From Klebsiella pneumoniae (GTDB lineage: Bacteria > Desulfobacterota > Binatia > UBA12015), in the NCBI GenBank assembly GCA_945872365.1, contig CAMBZJ010000004.1, positions 68,265 to 132,264 on the forward strand: DNA of 64,000 bases, written 5' to 3'. Below, one piece after another: positions 59,758-64,000 of this stretch. The notes under the pieces were generated by a model. It did not search any database and was not told where the DNA came from. It saw only the letters and a list, made by a program, of their open reading frames with translations. Position numbers and translations under genes: made by a program. Position 1 is the first letter of the stretch, and every line of letters starts with the position of its first letter.

Positions 59758-60318
59758 ATGTACGGACTCATCAATACCGCCGTGAAGGATCTGATCGTGA
59801 CCCGCTTCGGCGCCGACAAGTGGGAACAGATCGTCGAGAAGGCGAAGACCGGCGAGGGCAACTTCGTCCTCATGCAGAAGTACCCCGACGACGTCACCTA
59901 CCGTCTCGTCGGAGCGGCCAGCGAAGTCCTTGGTGCGCCTGCCAACGACCTTCTCGAGGCATTCGGCGAGTACTGGACGCAGTACTCGGCGGAGGCGGGC
60001 TTCGGGCACCTCCTCGACTTCGCCGGCGACAATCTGGTCGACTTCCTGCGCAACCTCGACAGCATGCACACCCGGATCGGGATGACGTTCACCGAGCTCG
60101 AGCCTCCGTCATTCACCGTGTCCGACATTCAGGACGGCAGCCTCCGGCTGCACTATCGCTCGAAGCGCCCCGGCCTTGCCCCGGTAGCGATGGGAATGGT
60201 GAGGGGCCTCGGCAAGCGTTTCAATACTCCGATCGAGATCGAACTGGTCCGCTCCCGAGAGAGCGGGCACGATCACGACGAGTTCCTCGTGCGCCACGGA
60301 GCTGCCGCGAGCGCCTGA
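59758..60318 (+). CDS. H-NOX (heme nitric oxide/oxygen-binding) domain protein, standalone
   Basis: MYGLINTAVKDLIVTRFGADKWEQI N-terminus; proximal His in NLDSMHTRI; Y-x-S-x-R heme-propionate motif in HYRSKR; 186 aa with no fused output domain. Confidence 0.85.
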   Translation: MYGLINTAVKDLIVTRFGADKWEQIVEKAKTGEGNFVLMQKYPDDVTYRLVGAASEVLGAPANDLLEAFGEYWTQYSAEAGFGHLLDFAGDNLVDFLRNLDSMHTRIGMTFTELEPPSFTVSDIQDGSLRLHYRSKRPGLAPVAMGMVRGLGKRFNTPIEIELVRSRESGHDHDEFLVRHGAAASA

Positions 60319-60624
60319 GCCCGTGGCCGACCGGACCACGATGGGCCGCTGCGAAGCTGCCCGCTCAGCCGCGTCTGTCGCGCGCGAGGGCAGGAGATGA
60401 GGCGTCGATGGCGGGCGTGGCAGGAGGCCGTGCCACCTTGAGCCGTCCGCACCGCGCACGACCGCATCGAGGGGTGCATCCTCTTCCTCGGGGAGGTCCA
60501 CGTAGATCACGGTGCCCGTGAACCGGTTGAAGATGAAACCGTCGCCATAGACCCAGAGGCCGCCGTAGGCGAGGGCGCCGCCGACGAATCCGAGAGCGAG
60601 CAGAAACGCCGTCGTTCGCGTCAT
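60109..60624 (-). CDS. Hypothetical small membrane protein ORF (doubtful); 3' part antisense to H-NOX
   Basis: MTRTTAFLLALGFVGGALAYGGLWVYG TM-like N-terminus. The ORF extends 210 nt into the H-NOX coding region, so at least its 3' portion is probably non-coding read-through of a GC-rich frame. Confidence 0.25.
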   Translation of the reverse strand: MTRTTAFLLALGFVGGALAYGGLWVYGDGFIFNRFTGTVIYVDLPEEEDAPLDAVVRGADGSRWHGLLPRPPSTPHLLPSRATDAAERAASQRPIVVRSATGSGARGSSVAHEELVVIVPALSGADQFDLDRSIETLAEAPHHSHRYRGKAGALRAIVQPEAAVLNVGHGE

Positions 60625-60743
60625 GATGGTCTCCCGACCGGTGCTCTCTCCGGATGCATGCCTTGCCCGCCCTTCCGGCCGTCGATATACCAGCGCACCG
60701 GGCCGGGGGCATTCCCCGACGACCCGTGGGAGCGGGGGAGGCC

Positions 60744-61901
60744 ATGGGCGTGCGTCGGGAGGAATACGAGGCTCGCGAAAGCGACCTGCTCGCTCCCTGG
60801 GCGACGCGCAGTGCGGGTTCGCGCGGCCGCGAGTACCCCGAAGCCGAGCACCCGCTCCGCACCGCCTTCCAGCGAGACCGGGACCGGATCATCCATTCGA
60901 CGGCGTTTCGCCGCCTCGAATACAAGACCCAGGTCTTCGTGAACCACGAGGGCGACTACTACCGGACGCGCCTCACCCACACGATGGAGGGCGCCCAGAT
61001 CACCCGCACCATCGCTCGCGCGCTGCGCCTGAACGAGGATCTGGCGGAGGCGGTCGTGCTCGCCCACGATCTCGGGCACACGCCGTTCGGGCATGCCGGG
61101 GAGAAGGTTCTCGACGGGCTCATGGAGCCCCACGGCGGATTCGAGCACAATCTGCAGAGCCTGCGGATCGTCGAACTCCTCGAAGAGCGCTACCCCGATT
61201 TTCCCGGCCTGAACCTCACCTGGGAGCTGCGCGAGGGCATCGCGAAACACTCCGGTGACTACGACCGGCCGTCGATCCGCCGCTTCGATCCTGCGACCGC
61301 GCCCTGTCTCGAAGCGCAGATCGCGGACTTCGCCGACGAGATCGCCTACAACTGCCACGACATCGACGACGGGCTGCAATCGCTCATGCTGCGGCCCGAA
61401 GACATGGACCAGGTCGGCCTGTGGCGCGAGCATTTCGCATCCGCCAAGGCCGTGGCGCCCCACGCGCCGTTCTCGATCGTGCGTTACCAGACGGTGCGCC
61501 GCATCCTCGACGCGATGGTCTCGGAGCTCGTCCGCTTCACCGAGCAGGAACTCCGAGCCCGCGGAATCGAGACCCTTGCCGACGTGCAGGCGGTGAAGCC
61601 GCGCCTCGCCGGCTACGGCGACGAGATGCAGGCGCAGATTCTGGAACTCAAGCGCTTTCTGATGGACCATCTGTACACGCACGTCCGCGTGACGCGGATG
61701 GGCATGAAGGCACGCACGGTGATCAGCGGTCTCTTCCGCACCTATATGGACGAGCCGCGCCAGATGCCGCCTCACGTCCATGCCCACGTCGAGAGGGGTG
61801 AGCCGGTACCGCGCGTGATCGCCGACTACATCGCCGGCATGACCGACCGATTCGCTCTCGACGAGTACGCGAAGCTCTTCGACCCGCTCGAGAAGGTATG
61901 A
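60744..61901 (+). CDS. dgt: dGTPase-like HD-domain triphosphohydrolase
   Basis: FQRDRDRIIHSTAFRRLEYKTQVF...RTRLTHTMEGAQI...AHDLGHTPFGHAGE. ATG 60744 has a GGGGGAG RBS. Confidence 0.85.
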   Translation: MGVRREEYEARESDLLAPWATRSAGSRGREYPEAEHPLRTAFQRDRDRIIHSTAFRRLEYKTQVFVNHEGDYYRTRLTHTMEGAQITRTIARALRLNEDLAEAVVLAHDLGHTPFGHAGEKVLDGLMEPHGGFEHNLQSLRIVELLEERYPDFPGLNLTWELREGIAKHSGDYDRPSIRRFDPATAPCLEAQIADFADEIAYNCHDIDDGLQSLMLRPEDMDQVGLWREHFASAKAVAPHAPFSIVRYQTVRRILDAMVSELVRFTEQELRARGIETLADVQAVKPRLAGYGDEMQAQILELKRFLMDHLYTHVRVTRMGMKARTVISGLFRTYMDEPRQMPPHVHAHVERGEPVPRVIADYIAGMTDRFALDEYAKLFDPLEKV

Positions 61902-62530
61902 AGCGGCGCGCCTGCCTCGAGATCCACCGCGATGATCACAAGTACGACACCCTCGGACGGATCTTCCTCGGCGTCGTCGACGGCGAGGAGATTCTGGATC
62001 TCTTGCGGCGCTACCTCGGGCCTCAGGCCTCGTTGCACAGGGTCGAGCTCCGGGACGACGTGCTCGCCATCGAGGCCGACATTCGGGAGTTTCCCGAGGA
62101 GAGCGCAAACCTGGTCGAGATCGGGCGTTCGATGCTGCGCCGCGGGATCACTCGGTCCGCGATCGGGCAGATCGAGGAAGCGCTTCGCCTCGCGCCGCTC
62201 AATGCCGAGGCCCTCAAGACCATCGGTCGCTACCACTACCGGCGCCGGGAGAGGGAACTCGCCCGGCGCTACCTGATCCGCGCCCGCGAGGCGGCACCGG
62301 GGGACACCGAAGTGCTGCGGCTCCTGGCCGAGATCGCGATCCACGCCGACCGGCCGCTCGAGGCACGCGGCTACCTGGAGCGGGCGCTGCGGATTCACCC
62401 AGGCGACCGTCGTGCCCGCGCCGCGCTGGCGCGACTCCGTCCTGCGGGCGAGAGGTCCTTGGGCCCGGTGGAAGCTGAAGACCTGGAAGTCGACGACGAG
62501 TCCCCGGACGGCTCCGAACCGAACGACTGA
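61898..62530 (+). CDS. TPR-repeat protein
   Basis: TPR-like repeats (AIGQIEEALRLAPLNAEALKTIGRYHY...). ATGA overlap with dgt. Confidence 0.6.
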   Translation: MKRRACLEIHRDDHKYDTLGRIFLGVVDGEEILDLLRRYLGPQASLHRVELRDDVLAIEADIREFPEESANLVEIGRSMLRRGITRSAIGQIEEALRLAPLNAEALKTIGRYHYRRRERELARRYLIRAREAAPGDTEVLRLLAEIAIHADRPLEARGYLERALRIHPGDRRARAALARLRPAGERSLGPVEAEDLEVDDESPDGSEPND

Positions 62531-62819
62531 GAAAGCGGAAACCCGTTACCAGCTTGGGCTTTCCGCGAGTGCAGTTGTCATAATCAATCTTATCGGACAT
62601 TTCGGGCTTGCAGGTAGAAGTAGCCACGAAGTAGCCACGCTTCAGCTTTCCCCGACGGAACCGGTTGGCTGACTCGCGGTTGACCATGGACCTTGGGCGC
62701 AGCCCGATACGGGCCGGCGACCGATCGACCAGTCCTCTCGTCGGGCGTTCGCTGGCTCAGGCAGGATCTCGACTCTTACGTATTCCCTGAAGGCTTTGGG
62801 GTCCCGTTGTCACGTCCGC

Positions 62820-63536
62820 TTAGCTCTTCCACGTCTCCGCACCCAGTGGCAGCTCGTTCAACTCCGCCCTAACCTCGCGCCATGTTGGGTAGTGCTTGCT
62901 CAGCAGCGCGAGGAACTTCTCACTGTGTGTGGGTGAAATCAGGTGAAGCATCTCGTGAACGACGACGTACTCCAACACGTCCTTCGGCTTCTTCACCAGT
63001 TCGGTGTTCAGGCGGATGTTTCTTGCTCGGTGGTTGCAGCCGCCCCACTTGGTCTTCATGCGCTGGAGGAAGTAGCCGGTCACCTTGACGCCGAGCCTTG
63101 ATTCCCATTTGCGGATCAACTCTGACACGACCTCGTGCAGCAGGGACCGATGCCATTCCTGCATGACGGCATCGCGCTTTGTCCGCGTGCTGCCAGGGCG
63201 CATGGTCAGCGTGATGCGGCGGTGGCTGAGACGCACGGACGGCTTTTCATCCTTCTCGATGACGGACAGCAGATACCGCCGACCCCATAGGTAATGGCTC
63301 TCGCGTTCGACGAACTCACGCGGCGTCTCGCGCGCCTGCCCACGCAGCTTCGCCTGCTGGTCCCGTATCCAGCCGAGCTTCGAGGCCGCATAGGCGCGGG
63401 CCACTTCGAGGCGCGTTGCTTTCGGTGCGACCAGCGTGACTCGACCGCTCGGCGGGTGCACCGAGAGGTGGACGTGCTTGACGTCCTTGCGCGTCACGTC
63501 GATGGCGATGTCACCGAGCTGGATCGTCTCGGTCAT
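62820..63536 (-). CDS. M48-family/YgjP-like zinc metallopeptidase (DUF45)
   Basis: HEMLHL zinc motif; typical partner gene of type I R-M systems; its start overlaps the hsdR stop. Confidence 0.8.
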   Translation of the reverse strand: MTETIQLGDIAIDVTRKDVKHVHLSVHPPSGRVTLVAPKATRLEVARAYAASKLGWIRDQQAKLRGQARETPREFVERESHYLWGRRYLLSVIEKDEKPSVRLSHRRITLTMRPGSTRTKRDAVMQEWHRSLLHEVVSELIRKWESRLGVKVTGYFLQRMKTKWGGCNHRARNIRLNTELVKKPKDVLEYVVVHEMLHLISPTHSEKFLALLSKHYPTWREVRAELNELPLGAETWKS

Positions 63537-64000
63537 CAGTACCCCGGCTGGTTCTTGACCAGCTCGAAGAGCGCGAGGGTCGCTTCGCGGCTGCGGTCGA
63601 GAATCGGGAACAGAGCGTTGAGTACCTGTGCCTCCCTCGCCTGGTCACCCTTCCAGCCTGCCGGCGCCCGCTCGCGCATCACGCGGTCGATCTCGAGAGC
63701 CAACCCGAGGCGCTCATCCCCATACTCGGCGCGGGGCTCGGCGACCCCCGCTACCTCGGCGCCGCACATCGCCAGGATCCGCGGCAGGTTGTTGTAGATC
63801 ACGGTCGCCTCGCGCTTGCCTTGCAGCGCCGCGGGGATGGCCTCATCGGGTTGCTTGGTGGCCAGCCGCTTTACCAGCGCCGCGGCCTTCTTCAAAAACT
63901 CCTCATACGCGGCGGCATCCACCCGGCTCTGCTTGATGAGGTCGTCGAGCAGCTGCGACATCAGCTCGTAGAACCGGGGGTCGGTGAGCTGGTCGCGGAT
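63536..64000 (-). CDS. hsdR: Type I restriction enzyme R subunit, C-terminal part (gene continues beyond the window end)
   Basis: The frame stays open through the window edge (...IRDQLTDPRFYELMSQLLDDLIKQSRV...AAYEEFLKKAAALVKRL...). HsdR C-terminal (DUF3387-like) helical domain; lower local GC. Confidence 0.6.
   Translation of the reverse strand: MRDQLTDPRFYELMSQLLDDLIKQSRVDAAAYEEFLKKAAALVKRLATKQPDEAIPAALQGKREATVIYNNLPRILAMCGAEVAGVAEPRAEYGDERLGLALEIDRVMRERAPAGWKGDQAREAQVLNALFPILDRSREATLALFELVKNQPGY

Noticed and set aside
60109-60624. Possible double-glycine leader peptide (MTRTTAFLLALGFVGG) as T1SS cargo
   Set aside because: The N-terminus is a hydrophobic TM-like helix, not an amphipathic GG leader. 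The ORF runs 210 nt antisense into the well-supported H-NOX gene. It is kept only as a doubtful membrane-protein ORF.
62530-62820. Small RNA or mobile-element end in the lower-GC convergent spacer between the TPR and M48 genes (contains the direct repeat GAAGTAGCCACG x2)
   Set aside because: No recognisable family signature or convincing structure. It probably holds only the convergent terminators of the two flanking genes.

Overview
This is a high-GC (~68-70%) bacterial chromosomal segment with dense coding on both strands; the six-frame track contains many long spurious antisense ORFs. The conserved core, in order along the window:
- GT2 glycosyltransferase, a cold-shock protein, a TPR protein, purN and comF.
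- greA and fadD.
- The rimP-nusA-ylxR-infB-rbfA-truB-rpsO-pnp operon, an M16 peptidase and dut.
- A purB-purC-purS-purQ-purL-purF purine cluster, with nadB convergent.
- An Slt-type lytic transglycosylase and pgsA.
- An SRP (4.5S) RNA that the ORF track does not show, directly upstream of dnaX-ybaB-recR.
- A standalone secF, then tRNA-Arg(CCT).

Downstream of the tRNA is an accessory-looking block:
- A Baeyer-Villiger monooxygenase, a TauD-family dioxygenase and a SAM methyltransferase.
- A ~380-bp mutated duplicate fragment of the TauD gene.
- A Tat-signal hypothetical protein and an IS3-like transposase C-terminal remnant.
- An amidohydrolase-2 enzyme.
- A MerR regulator translationally coupled to a complete menaquinone operon (ubiE-menF-menD-menH-menB-menA-menC-menE).

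The 3' third holds the most unusual locus:
- A disrupted SGNH hydrolase and a CocE/NonD lipoprotein hydrolase.
- A Tat-exported standalone C39-type cysteine peptidase, convergent with a regulator-ABC-HlyD-TolC type I secretion operon. The operon's ABC exporter carries what looks like a non-catalytic C39-like domain, and no substrate gene is visible.
- An orphan H-NOX (heme-NO/O2 sensor) gene, divergent from that operon across an AT-rich operator-like spacer.
- A dGTPase-like HD protein coupled to a TPR protein.
- A lower-GC type I restriction-modification edge (YgjP-like M48 peptidase plus the hsdR 3' end).

Two conserved genes (csp, truB) lack canonical start codons in this sequence.
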